Shown here piece after piece: positions 38,667 to 50,469 of a stretch of 64,000 nt of DNA. Positions within the stretch are counted from its first letter, which is position 1, and each line of letters begins with the position of its first letter. The DNA comes from Okamejei kenojei. Taxonomy: Eukaryota. A program made the translations under genes and the position numbers. The notes under the pieces were generated by a model. It ran no database searches. It saw only the letters and a program-made list of their open reading frames with translations, and was not told the DNA's origin. The stretch covers positions 1,860,001-1,924,000 of the forward strand of contig CM069149.1 of assembly GCA_035221665.1 (NCBI GenBank), in the 5' to 3' direction.

Positions 38667-39501
38667 CAAATATTTATAATGATATTTTATTCCTTTCCAT
38701 TGTGACAGTTTGTGACAATTTCTACAAGGAAACATTTCAATTTATCACAGAACTCCGATTAATATAGTCCCAGTCACTATTCTTCCATTCATTAAACATG
38801 TTACTTCCAACTTTCAGGAGTCAGGAAATTATTTGATTAGCAAGAAAACTGACACCTGTACAAATGAATGCTCATTCAGCCAATGATTTGCCGACAATAT
38901 AAAATAGCATATTAAAAGCGTACAGTGATCCATCAGAAAGAAATTGGTTCATTTTCTGATTTTATGTCCTGGCTAAAAAAAATTTTGAAAGAGAAAGCAA
39001 AATCAATAAATAGAATTGGATGTGCAATAGTACTGCAAGCAATTCAGTTACCAAACCAATTCCTTATGTTTGCCGAAGTGTAACATCCCACAGTCCCAGC
39101 AGCTCTGTAGAAGTTGTGACCATCCCTGCTCTTACACTGTTATTCCTCATAATCTTACATTTTTGAAATATGTAAAATTTGGCAGAAAGCGATCAAAGCG
39201 ATTTGCATCGCCATTGTAGGGACATGCAAGGGACAATGTTCCGTTTCATAATTTGTTTTACTTGGGACTTTGTCCATTTGATGCAGAATGTGTCAGATTT
39301 TTAAACATGAAGTTTGGATTGAATTGTCAACTAATCACACGGCCTTATTGAATAGCATTTACAATGTATAGTCAAGTGAATATTTATTTATGGTTTGTAA
39401 AAATATAAACTGGTAGAGGTTTGACGAGTCAAAATTCATTTCATCACCGTGGTCCTTATTCTTTCAGTTCTGAGCTATTTATCTGTGCCATAATTTTCCA
39501 G

Positions 39502-39712
39502 GCTTAAGCCCTGCGGAGATTCAGCAACTATGGAAAGAAGTGACCGGGGTGCACAATATGGAAGACGGCATTTTGAAGCATGGCGGGCTGGATCTCTCTG
39601 CCAATAATTTGTCCTCTACTACCTCCACTACCATTTCCAAAGCATCGCCGCCAATAACTCACCATTCATTAATGAACGGACAGACGTCAGTCCTCACCAC
39701 AAGAAGAGACAG
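39502..39712 (+). CDS. FOXP2: FOXP2 exon 7 equivalent: (G)[69 protein letters not shown](S)
   Basis: ttttccag|GC acceptor and AG|gtaaca donor; 211 nt, phase 1-2; clear FOXP2 peptide. Confidence 0.95.
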
Positions 39713-39959
39713 GTAACATCATACCAGGCCCAGCTTGTAAACACATTGACAGCCATTTGCTTGACTTGTTCATGACCTGGTGTTCTTGAATGCTTGTATG
39801 TGTAACTGCTTTCCCGGCCCATAATAACCTTTGACAAATCTTGCTTTTGCACTTATCCTATAAATTCCTTCTTGGTTTAAAAAAAAATCTGCCTGGATTA
39901 CAATGTTCCTTCCTTGCCTATTTGTCCTAATGAAATTAAGAAACATTTCAATAATATTC

Positions 39960-40415
39960 TCAGAGCTTGTGGGAAGCCAGGGAGGAAACTATACAGACAT
40001 TTGCAGAGACAGTTTCATCATCTTCAGCCACAGATGAAGTTCCTGAAGACTGGAGGGTGACTAATGTTGTACTGGTACTTACATAAGAAGGGTAGCTAGG
40101 ACAAGCCAGGGGACAGTAGGTCAGTGAGCCTGGTGTCAGTGGTGGGAAAGGGTAGAGGATTCTAAAGCTTGTGAGAGTGAGAGGAGAGAGATGTTTAAAG
40201 GAACCTCAAGGGCAAATGTTTCTCTTTATTTGGAATGTGCTGAAGAGGAAGCTAAAGAAGCAGATATAATAAAGACGTAAAATAAATTTGGACAGATATT
40301 TGCAAAGGTAGAGTTTCGAGGGCTATGGGTCAAACGCAGGCAAATTTGCCTAGCCCAGTCTGCCAATTTGATGGATAAAGTGGGCTGAAGGGCCTGGGTT
40401 CATTCTCTATGACTT
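39960..40415 (+). mobile_element. Decayed CR1 fragments
   Basis: 'VPEDWRVTNVV...RSVSLVSVVGK' remnant joined to a 3' tail. Confidence 0.7.
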
Positions 40416-40799
40416 GTTTCCTTTATGGAATTAAATGGATTAACTGTTAAATTAAACAATTCCAAGAACAAGCACCAAGATTTTTTTAATACATTATGTC
40501 ATCACAGAACATTTGAAACATTTTATGAATTTGTTTGCATTTGTTTGATCAATTACATCAATTGCATGGAAGCACATTTGCCACTTTTTTATCAGGTGAC
40601 CTGAATGAGCCCTACCATAGGTCCATGGATCTGCTGTTTGCCGATAGTTTATTGCTTGGATATTTTAAGAATGTTGACAAGTGAAGAGAACTGACAAGCA
40701 TCTCATGAATGTAATGAGGAATATCAAAATATTTGAGGTTATATCGAAACACTGGGACATAGAAAATAGTCCCAGTACAACACAAAGGTACAACATAAT

Positions 40800-41280
40800 T
40801 CTTCTTCCCATTTCCACACTGACCTTTCTGTCCTGGAGCCTCCTCCATTGTCAGAGTGAGACCAAACGCAAATTGGAAGAACAGCACCTCCCATTCCGCT
40901 TGGGCAGCTTACACCCCAGCGGTATGAACATTGATCTCTCTGAATTCAAGTAACCCTTGCATTCCCTCTCTCTCCACCCATCCTCCACCCAAGTATTTGG
41001 ACCAGTTTCAATGTCATCTTATTGAGTATTATTGTCTATACATTGTGCCCACAGCTAGCAATGTCTTGTTTCCTTTATCATCGTCACTTTTTGGCATAGC
41101 TTACATTCAATTGTTCTATATCTCTGTATATCACCGTCTATATCTCTCATTTCCCTATCCTCCAACACTCAGCCTGAAGAAGCATCTCGACCCAAATGTT
41201 ACATCTTCATTTTCTCCAGAAATACTGTCTTACTCGGTCTCACCCACTGAGTTACTCCAGCTTTTTGTGTCTATCTTCTA
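40800..41280 (+). mobile_element. Penelope-like element 3' fragment (GIY-YIG C-terminus plus terminal repeat)
   Basis: 'LLHCQSETKRKLEEQHLPFRLGSLHPSGMNID', homologous to 46055-46160; degenerate core cctgaagaagcatctcgaccc. Confidence 0.8.
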
Positions 41281-41620
41281 TAGGAACGTACAACATAGGA
41301 ACTGGCCTTTTGGCTCACAAGGTCTCTGTGCTGAGCATGAAGCCAAAACCAACATTTTAGCTACCTGCGCATAATTCATATCCCTCCATTCCCTGCATAT
41401 CCATGAGCTTATCTAAAAGTTTCTTAAATCCCACTATCATATCTGCTTCCACCACCACACCTGCAGTGTGTTTCACACATCTCCCTTAAACTTGCCCCCC
41501 TCTCACCTCAAAGGTCTGCCCTCTAATATTGATACTACCAGCCAAGAACATAGATTCTTACTGTCTATGTCTCTCATCATTTTGTATACTTCTATCAGGT
41601 CTTCCCTCAACCTCCAGCTA
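41280..41620 (-). mobile_element. CR1 3' fragment
   Basis: Similar to 43135-44290. Confidence 0.7.
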
Positions 41621-42149
41621 GTTAAATTATTTTCATTTTATTTTACATTCTTTAACTCAGTATGTAAGTTTGTAAGGTAAAGTTTCATTGGAGAACTATA
41701 GATTCTTCAGATATTTTCCAGTGCCTAATATGCATTGTTGTATTATGGGCTGTGACCCCTGAAAGGAACACACACCTTGAAATCCAATGACAACTCGGTG
41801 CCGCTTTCAGCCTTTCTACTGTGTTATTGACAGACATAATGACGCCTTGATGCATATCATGCCTTGCATCTATCAGCATGCAAACATTTTCACACACAAC
41901 AAATCAGAAAGGAAATAAACACTATTTTGAAGCTGGCATATTAAATATTTATAGAACACCAAACTGAAATGGAAATTGTGGTCATAAAATTAAAGTAGGA
42001 GGTGAAATGCAAATAGAGTGTTTTTAGAAAAATATAGTTAATTTTAAAATAAATAACATTTTGGACTACTTATCTGATGGAATTATAGATCATATGAGTT
42101 TGCTAACTAACAGTTATGGACCAGTATACCTTAAAATGCCATATAGATG

Positions 42150-42350
42150 TCACAGAAGGTTGTGGAGGCCATGTCAATAGATATTTTTAAGGCAGAGATA
42201 GATATATTATTCATTAGTAGGGGTGTCAGGGATTATGGGGAGAAGGCAGGTGAATGGGGTGAAGAGGGAAAGATAAATCAGCCATGATTGAATGGCGAAG
42301 TAGACTTGATAGGCCAAATGGCCTAATTCTGCTCCTATCACTTATAGACA
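42150..42350 (+). mobile_element. CR1 family B 3' tail
   Basis: ggtgtcagggattatggggagaaggcagg...ggcctaattctgctcct. Confidence 0.78.
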
Positions 42351-43134
42351 TGAACTTGCCATAAAACTAAAGATTTTTAGGGAATCTTCCAATAAAATTA
42401 GTTGCTAAATAGATTAGCTTCACACCAATTCTCTGATTTATTTTGATTCTAAAGTAGATCCTCCTCTGTGAAACACTGATTACAAAGGCCATGTCTACAA
42501 TACACATAAATCTTCAAGTCACCGTCAGTTCATGTTGCAGAGATGGCAAATGCTAATAGTTGTGCAGCCACTGCAACAATTAATTCAGTTCGATTATTTT
42601 TTTTAAATCTTTTTTGTACACTAATCATCGTTATCACTATTATACAACAAAAGGAGGATGGATGTCCATTGATTCAAGCTCCAGAATAAGTTTAAGTAGT
42701 ATTTTAATATGTGGTATTTGTTTCTTATTGAACCAACACAATTTAAATCAACAATTTAATGTTCTTGCCATTATATTAGACTTCTTCAAATTGGTAACTG
42801 CTGTATTAATATTAATATTTTTAGTCCATTCTGCCACCATGCCACCAGTTACAGCTCATTCTCGCTACTTTGACTACCTTTGTTCAATCCTGCATATAAC
42901 ATTTGTTCATATCCTTTCAGTTTTCTGTCCAAGCTCAACTAATAAGCACGGGTCTGATAACCTACATACTGAAATATGGAGGATACCCATGTTAATTGTT
43001 TAACTAATCCAATTTGGTTGAATTATACAATAATTGTATCAATATTACCATATAATAGACTCTGTGATTATATGTTTAACCTTTGGGAAAGATGGTGATG
43101 TCAAATGGCATGTAGGTATGGAGAGGTGGATTAA

Positions 43135-44290
43135 CACAGTACAGTGCAAGAACAGGTCCTTCGGCCCACACTGTCTGCATTAAACAGAATGCAACACCAC
43201 CTACTTGCAGATAACCCATATTCCTCCATCCGCTGCATAATCATATGCCAATGAATGCCACTAATGTTTCTGTTTCAACCACCAACCCTGGCAGTGGGTT
43301 TTCGGGCATTCACCACATACTGTGTAAAAAACTTGCCTCACACATCTATCCATCTATATATGTATAAAAGTCTCATTTTGTATGTGTGTCTGCCTGCATG
43401 TTTTGTATCTTCCTCAAAACACTACGCGCTAGCACTTACATTTTTACACATTCTGACATATTTGACCTCCATGCCATAATCAAGTTCATTTAAGATTTGA
43501 TGCTATATTTCACGTTATTGATGATTGAAGCTTTAAAAAAGCCACATTTAACATGATTTTTACTGTTAAAATCGTTCCTGCCAGCATCCAACACACTTCA
43601 ATACAAAGTTGCAAAACAGGAACACTCTGAACTTTTCACCTCAATGGGATATCGCAGCAAGTGCTTCAACAGGAGGGGGAGGGCAAATTGGTATTGCCAT
43701 TGGAACTACTGCGGCAGGCAAGGGAAGTGCAATTGGATTTTTTTTTAAAGTCCACTGCTGAGAGAGGCAGGGGAGTCCAGTGCTGGGGGAGGCAGGGGAG
43801 TGCTGGAATCTTATGTTCGGCAACGGGTTGAGTTGGGGGACCACGCTTCCTGTGGGTGCTATGGGTTAGTGGTGCAATATTGCGTTGGGGAAGGAAGCGT
43901 AGGGAGACCAGTGGTGCAATATTGCGTTGGGTTGCGTAGGGAGACCAGTTCTCCCATGTGACAGGGACCCAACGGGTCCCAGTTGGTCTAGTTTCCTTTA
44001 AAATGTACCCCTTTCACCTTAAAGCAATGTTCTCCAGTATTTGTTTTTTTCCATCCTGGGAAAACTATTATGACTGTCTCCCCTATGTACGCCTCTCATA
44101 ATTTTACATGGTTTTATTTGGTCTCCATGCAACATTTGGTGTTCCAGAGAAAACAATCCACTTCTGCCCAACCTTTCCCTGTAGCTAACACCCCAGAATC
44201 GAGGCATCACACTTGTAAACCTCTGCTGCACCCATACCTAAGTCTCCACATCCTTCCTGTAATCAGGCAACCAGGACTGCACGTAAGTTG
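43135..44290 (-). mobile_element. CR1 fragment split by a Helitron
   Basis: ORF 44019-44231 'QQRFTSVMPRFWGVSYRERLGRSGLFSLE'; the halves rejoin across 43345-43991. Confidence 0.8.
43345..43991 (+). mobile_element. Complete non-autonomous Helitron
   Basis: A|TC 5' end; GGGACCC-AAC-GGGTCCC hairpin at 43964-43980; CTAG|T 3' end; no TSD. Confidence 0.9.
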
Positions 44291-44307
44291 GGAATTTGGG
44301 ATGATTC

Positions 44308-44475
44308 CATAGAAACATTGAAACTAGGTGCAGGAATAGGCCATTTGGCCCTTCGAGCCAGCACCGCCATCCAATATGATCATGGCTGATCGTTCATTAT
44401 CAGTTCCAGCTTTTTCCCCATATCCCTTGATTCCCTTAGCCCTAAGATCTAACTCAAACTCTCTCTTGAATATTC
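44308..44475 (-). mobile_element. CR1 family B 3' tail
   Basis: catagaaacattgaaactaggtgcagg...ccttcgagccagcaccgcc. Confidence 0.78.
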
Positions 44476-44479
44476 CATC

Positions 44480-45300
44480 AATGATATCATCGAGTGTGTT
44501 TAATTATCATTTGTACTGGGAAGGGATGAATGAAATTCTTTCTTGCTGCAACTTTATGGGCACATTAATGCAATAACATAACAAATAATACAATAACTTA
44601 CCGGGATGCAAAGAATGGTAAGAATGCCTAAGAATGCAAAGCCAAAATACATAGCGCAAGCAAACTAAAGTTCACAGTAGATCATTGCTGAGGTAATGTT
44701 GTTAGGGTTGTGCAGTGTGGTTCAATCTTGTTCTTGAATCTATGGGTCATGGTTCTCAGAGCGTGGCCAAGGGTGGAGAGGGTCTTTGATGATATTCATT
44801 GTCTTTTGGAGGCTGTGCGTTCTGTAGGTCTTTTCAATGGTGAGGACATCAATACTAGTGCTAGACAGGGCAATGCTTATCACTTTCTGAAACCTCCTTT
44901 GTTCCTGGGTATTCAGATTATAGAATCAGGCCATGATGTATCCAGTCAATTTGCTCTCTATCATACACCTCTAAGGATGTAGTGGCTTTAATCAGCTTTA
45001 TTTGCCATTGCATAAATATGCCAAGCCCAGGACGTAAAGCTGTAGTCATCTTCTCATCAATGGAGACAGATTAATTGCTTCCTCAGTGTTCCCTTCCTAT
45101 AGTAACAATCAGCTGCTTGCCAACATAGAGAGTCAGCTTGTAGTTTCTGGCACCAGTTAATCATGTTCTCAATCTCCCTCCTGTACCCCAACTCAACATA
45201 CAACATTCTTAATGGCACGAGCACTCAACAACAACAGTGTTTCGTCTGCAAATTTAAAGATGCATGGTGGTTAATGTGGGAGGTTGCTTCCCAGCTCAGG
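44480..45300 (-). mobile_element. Old non-LTR retrotransposon fragment (possibly Rex1/L2-like)
   Basis: Degenerate; includes gtctgcaaattt (reverse complement encodes KFAD) near 45244; family uncertain. Confidence 0.35.
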
Positions 45301-45376
45301 AAATGTCTTCATTTATTGCAGCTTTTTCCACAGCAATACATTATCTTCCCAACTAATACGATCATCACCGCACCAT

Positions 45377-46395
45377 CTACTACAAACCTACTGACTCCCA
45401 TAGCTATCTTGACTACATTTCTTCCCACCCTGCTTCCTGTAAAGACTCTATCCCCTACTCATTCTTTAGGGAACAGAGGTTCCCCATTTCCATTATTATA
45501 GATGAGGCTCTCACTCGGGTCTCCTCAATATCCTGCAACTCTGCTCTTGCTTCCCCTCCCCCCGTTTGTAACATGGACAGAGTCCCCCTTGTCCTCACCT
45601 TCCACCCCACCAGCCGTCACAAACGGCATATAATCCTCCAACATTTTCGCCTCCTCCAACGGGAATCCCACTACTGGCCACATCTTCCCATCTCCACCCC
45701 TTTCTGCTTTCCGCAGAGACCGTTCCCTCAGAAACGCCCTGGTCAACTCGTTCATTTCCTACCCAAACTACTTCCCAGGCACTTTCCCCTGCAACCACAG
45801 GAGATGCAACACCTGTCCCTTTACCTCACCACTCGACCCCATCCAGAGGCCAAAACAGTTTATCCAGGTGATGCAGAGGTTCACTTGCACCGCCTCTAAC
45901 CTAATCTACTGTATCCACTGTTCCAGGTGTCAACTTCTGTACATCGGCGAGACCAAGCGCAGGCTCGACAATCGTTTTCCTGAACACCTCCGCTCAGTTC
46001 ATCTTAACCTACCTGATCTTCTGGTGGCTCAGCCTCCCATTCCCAATCTGACCTGGGTCTCCTCCATTGTCAGAGTGAGACCCAGTGCAAATTGGAGGAA
46101 CAGCACCTCATATTTCGCTTGGGTAGTTTTCACCCCAATGAACATTGACTTCTCTAACTTTCGACAGCCGTTGCTTTCTCTCTCCATCCCCTCCCCCTTC
46201 CCAGTTCTCCCAGCAGTCTTACTGTTTCCGCCTACATTCGACCTTTGTCCCTCCCCTGACATCAGTCTGAAGAAGGGTCTCGACCTGAAACATCGACAAT
46301 TCCTTCTGTCCATAGATGCTGCCTCACCTGCTGAGTAACACCAGCATTTTGTGTTTACCTTCAATTTTACCACCATCTGCAGTTCTTTTTTAAAC
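45377..46395 (+). mobile_element. Penelope-like retroelement 3' part: RT C-terminus, GIY-YIG endonuclease and terminal repeat
   Basis: 'YKPTDSHSYLDYISSHPASCKDSIPY', then 'FTCTASNLIYCIHCSRCQLLYIGETKRRLDNRFPEHLRSV' (GIY-YIG); hammerhead-like core at 46266-46293. Confidence 0.9.
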
Positions 46396-46528
46396 ATGCA
46401 CAAAATCTGCCTGCCATGCAGTACCTTTACTGGGAACAATTATCTTTGGATGCAGTGATGTACCACAGTACTTGAAGGTTCTTTCATTGACATTCACCAG
46501 TCCATTTGGGGAAGGGAGTAGGGTGATT

Positions 46529-46620
46529 GAAAGTAGTCCTGACCAGAAACATCACCATTCCATATTCTCCAGGGATACTGCCTGACTCACGGAGTTACTC
46601 CAACACTTTGTGTCTTTTCA
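46529..46620 (+). mobile_element. Penelope-derived repeat fragment
   Basis: gaaacatcacc...ttctccagggatactgcctgac...gagttactccaacactttgtgtc. Confidence 0.65.
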
Positions 46621-47049
46621 AGAGTAAGAGAAATCTAGTTCCAGTGTCCATTGTCAGAGTACGATGTAACAGCATTTATTACACCAATATAAATCCTTTG
46701 CTGCTTCTCGAGCCTTTGAAGAGGAGGTATTTGGTCCAAGGCGCATCAAAAGTTTTTTAATTACACATGGGTGAAACAAAAATCTAAGTCTTTGCAATCT
46801 GTCTTGGCTCAAAGTGTAAGCCTGATTCTGGTAACCTACATACAGATATATGGAGGATATTGACATTAATTGTTTCACAAATCCAAGTTGCTTACAGTTT
46901 TAAATAATTTGAAACATTTCTGGTGTTTTTATGTATAAATGAGGTGTAATCTATGGCTTAGTGTTAGTATTCTTGCCATGAAGGATGTTGTATGTTCAAG
47001 CTGTAACTGGCAAATCTTAGGGTGCAGAACCGAGCGTGACTCTTCTGTA

Positions 47050-47340
47050 ATACTGAGGGAATATTGCTCTTTTGGAAATAATGTCTATCCAAAGCACCAC
47101 TGCCCTCTGAAGTGGATGTTAAAGATCCCAGTGTATCCACCACAGGAGACAAAAGAGCCCCTTCAGTGTCCTGACCAGAATCAATTGATGGCCATTATGT
47201 AGCATTATAGTAATTGGAGTAAATTTAATTACTACATGTTGGTTAGAGTAATTCATACATTACACGATCGTTGCATTCATACACAATTGTTTATAAAGCA
47301 CTGGAAAGATCTTTGATTGTGAAAAGTAAAATATAAATCT
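47050..47340 (+). mobile_element. Degenerate DeuSINE (SacSINE1/AmnSINE1-like Deu domain)
   Basis: actgagggaatattgc, ctgccctctgaagtggatgttaaagatccca, gtgtcctgacca, tacattaca and taaagc...gtgaaaag..tataaat occur in the order of the recalled Deu-domain consensus. Confidence 0.65.
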
Positions 47341-47651
47341 TCTGGCCTTTTTTTGCTACAGTGTACCTGAAATTACAGTCCAAGAAATAGATTCCTTTTA
47401 CAGTTGGCATGGATTTCTTGGATTGAAACAGTATCTATGATCCTTCAGTAAAGGATTTCACACAAAATACATAAACAAATCATTCATCAGCTTCTTTTCA
47501 GCTCAAATAATCTGCATATATGCAGTAAACTTGAAGGAACAAGACTCTCAAGCTAACTCTCAACCAGAACGTTCTTTTGACAAATAACATTTATATTAAT
47601 ATAGGAACCAATCACTATTGAATGACAACCCCCATCAATGACAACAGATTT

Positions 47652-48348
47652 ATTTATTTTTTTAAATATATATTTTTATTAGAGTATGTAGACAGTGACT
47701 TAGCAAACACATGTTATGATAGCAATATTTCATGTACAACGGGCATACATTATTAATATTGTCAAGTGAATCATTTTGATTCTAATAATTTTTTTTTTAA
47801 AGAGAGAAAGAAAAATAAAATAAAAATCAACATCAAAAAAGAAAATCATAAAGAATGGAATAATTTACTATTAATACATCATATGAGATAAGATCAAGGA
47901 ATATAAAATAACTTTTCATCTAATCCTGAGTCCAAGTTTCAGTTAGGGTTCCCTGCCGAACCATTCTACCCTTTTAAGTAATCAATGAAAGAAGACCATA
48001 TTCTAACGAAAACTTCTTGTTTGTCCATTAGGGCAAATCTGATTCTTTCCAGGTGTAGGGTCTCCGACATTTCCCTAATCCACATTTTAATTTTGGGGGA
48101 TATAGGACCTTTCCAAACTTTTAATATTAATTTCTTCCCAATTATTATACTGTAATCTAGGAAATTTCTTTGACTTGTTGTAAGAGTTAAACTTTGTTCT
48201 GATGGTCCAAGTATTATTAATTTTGGGTCCGGATCCAGTTTAGTATTAATAACTTCAGAAGTTATTTTAAAATCTCAATCCAGAAATTTTTAATCTTTAT
48301 ACAATTTGCAAAAGTATGTGTTAAATTAGCCTCGGGATGTTGACATTT
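47652..48348 (-). mobile_element. 5'-truncated L1-clade LINE with a 14-bp TSD
   Basis: TSD ATGACAACAGATTT at 47638-47651 and 48349-48362; A-rich tail; minus strand encodes 'KCQHPEANLTHTFANCIKIKNFW...LILKVWK...IWSSFIDYL' with one frameshift. Confidence 0.88.
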
Positions 48349-48471
48349 ATGACAACAGATTTCTGATGGAATCAGAAGTCATCACATTCTTCTCCTGCAC
48401 ACTAAACAGCAGATATCAATTATCTCTCCTTCCCAATTCAGGTCACTTCCACTGAACAAATCGCAAACATC

Positions 48472-48683
48472 AGATAGACACAAAATGTTGGAGTAACTCA
48501 GCGGGACAGGCAGCATCTCTGAAGAGAAGGAACGAGTGCCGTTTCGGATCAAGACCCATCTTCAGTCTGATATCTGATCAGTCTGATTAGAGTCTTCTCT
48601 CCAGAGATGCTGCCTGACCCGCTGAGTTACTCCAGCATTTTGAGTCTATCTTCAGTTTAAACCAGCATCTGCAGTTCCTTCCT
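48472..48683. mobile_element. Palindromic Penelope-derived element
   Basis: Inverted arms at 48472-48530 and 48594-48650 around a degenerate core and ctgatcag. Confidence 0.85.
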
Positions 48684-48739
48684 AAATTTCAAACATCATT
48701 GGGAGTTCATAATTACCACTGAAGCCACCACCCCTCTTT

Positions 48740-48982
48740 CTCATGGCCAATCATCGGTTCATGAGTTGGACGGAGCGCTGGACTTTGCAAGCGACATTGC
48801 GTACCCCCGGGCCAAATCTCCTCAGCTGGCCCGCCGGCTGGGCTTTGTGTGCATTCCAGCGCCCGGGCCAACTCATCATTCACCCAGCAACGGCCAAGTC
48901 GGTCAATGCATTGCTGTTGGGAATTTGTCCCTTATTTTGACCTTTTGTCCCTTATTTGGGAGTGAGAAAGTTGGCAACCCTA
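48740..48982. mobile_element. One end of a hAT (Blackjack-like) non-autonomous DNA transposon
   Basis: Ends GTTGGCAACCCTA (TIR TAGGGTTGCCAAC); subterminal ttgtcccttattt x2; CpG-rich; the other TIR was not found. Confidence 0.6.
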
Positions 48983-50337
48983 GTCATAGTCTAGTACCAA
49001 GTAACGGAGTACAATGGATATTTGATAATCATGTCTTGTGCCCACCCAGTCACACCCAAAGAACACAACTTGTCAATAAGTGTAGAAAGAGTTAATGAAA
49101 ATCATTCATTTTTACAGGTCTTTTGTCAGCCATTCAACAAACTACTCAGTCTGCTATGTGCTCTCTACTAAACTGATTTACACCTCAACATTGATGTGGA
49201 ACAATGGAAATTATGATATTGAAACAATGGAAAGTCTTTTTTATGATTTCTCAGGTGTGAGAAGTCTGAATGCTTTAAAAAGTAAATTGGGATTTCAACA
49301 AAAACTGCTGTTTTGCAAATCTTAAAAATGTTGGGAAAAGTTGATCATCCATTGCTGCCATTATATTCTGTATAGATATCATTAACCATCATTTAAAATA
49401 CAGTCAATATGCCATATACGCTTCATAATTATAGCACATTCATTTTCTTATACTTCATAACCAGGAAAAAAAAAATCACTTGTATAAATGGAACGAGTGT
49501 GTACAGCTGATGTGAATACATGATAGAGCAAAAGCACAGGCATATTCCGTTGAGGAAAATAGGTTATAAATGGAATATTTTAATAACGGTCTGTGTTGAT
49601 CAGGGAGAATTTAAGGCAAATGTAAGGTTTTTATTTATAAATGTTTAGATTGTGACATCCCTAATTAACCACTGAAGTGTCCTCTCTGCACACAAAACAA
49701 CAGAATGCCCAGTCGCAAAAATATGTTTCATTGCTCTTCAGTAGCCGTTTATATTCACACAATAAAGGAAATAGCTTAACACAATGTCTGCTACTTAAAC
49801 ACTTGTGAAAATAATTTCTTTGCTGCATTTGCCAACACATATATTTCAGCTATGAGGTTGTATGAAGAAATAAAATATAATTTTAAGTTCTGCTCAGTTA
49901 CTGTTTTTTGCATTATTAACACATACAATTTAACATATCATGGCTTCCAAAAATAGCCTGTATCAAGTGAATATACTACTTATCGTATTCCCAGAGTTGA
50001 ATTTATGTAGAGTGAAGGTTAAAATTATTGTGTTTCTGCTGTGATGACTGTATTCAGCATTTTGATGTGAAAAATCTTACATCAGTGTCACCTGGCTAAA
50101 TAATCAGGCAGTGTTATGCAGTCATCCCATTTTCTTTCACTCTTTATTAACAGCCATCTTTGGCTCTCTTTCTGTCCTAATTGGAACATCATACAGCCTT
50201 GGCAGTTGTACTATTCAATAGAATGATTAATTTTTCCTGACTGTTCTGAGCTCAATTGACCTGTTTTGACCTATTTGTCACTGATCGCAACCTGACAGGC
50301 GCTAGCAGCCTCCAACGATTATGGCTTTTGAGATTAA

Positions 50338-50469
<132 letters not shown>

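Noticed and set aside
45868-46338. GIY-YIG ORF as a functional nuclease gene
   Set aside because: It is part of a frameshifted, deleted Penelope-like element.
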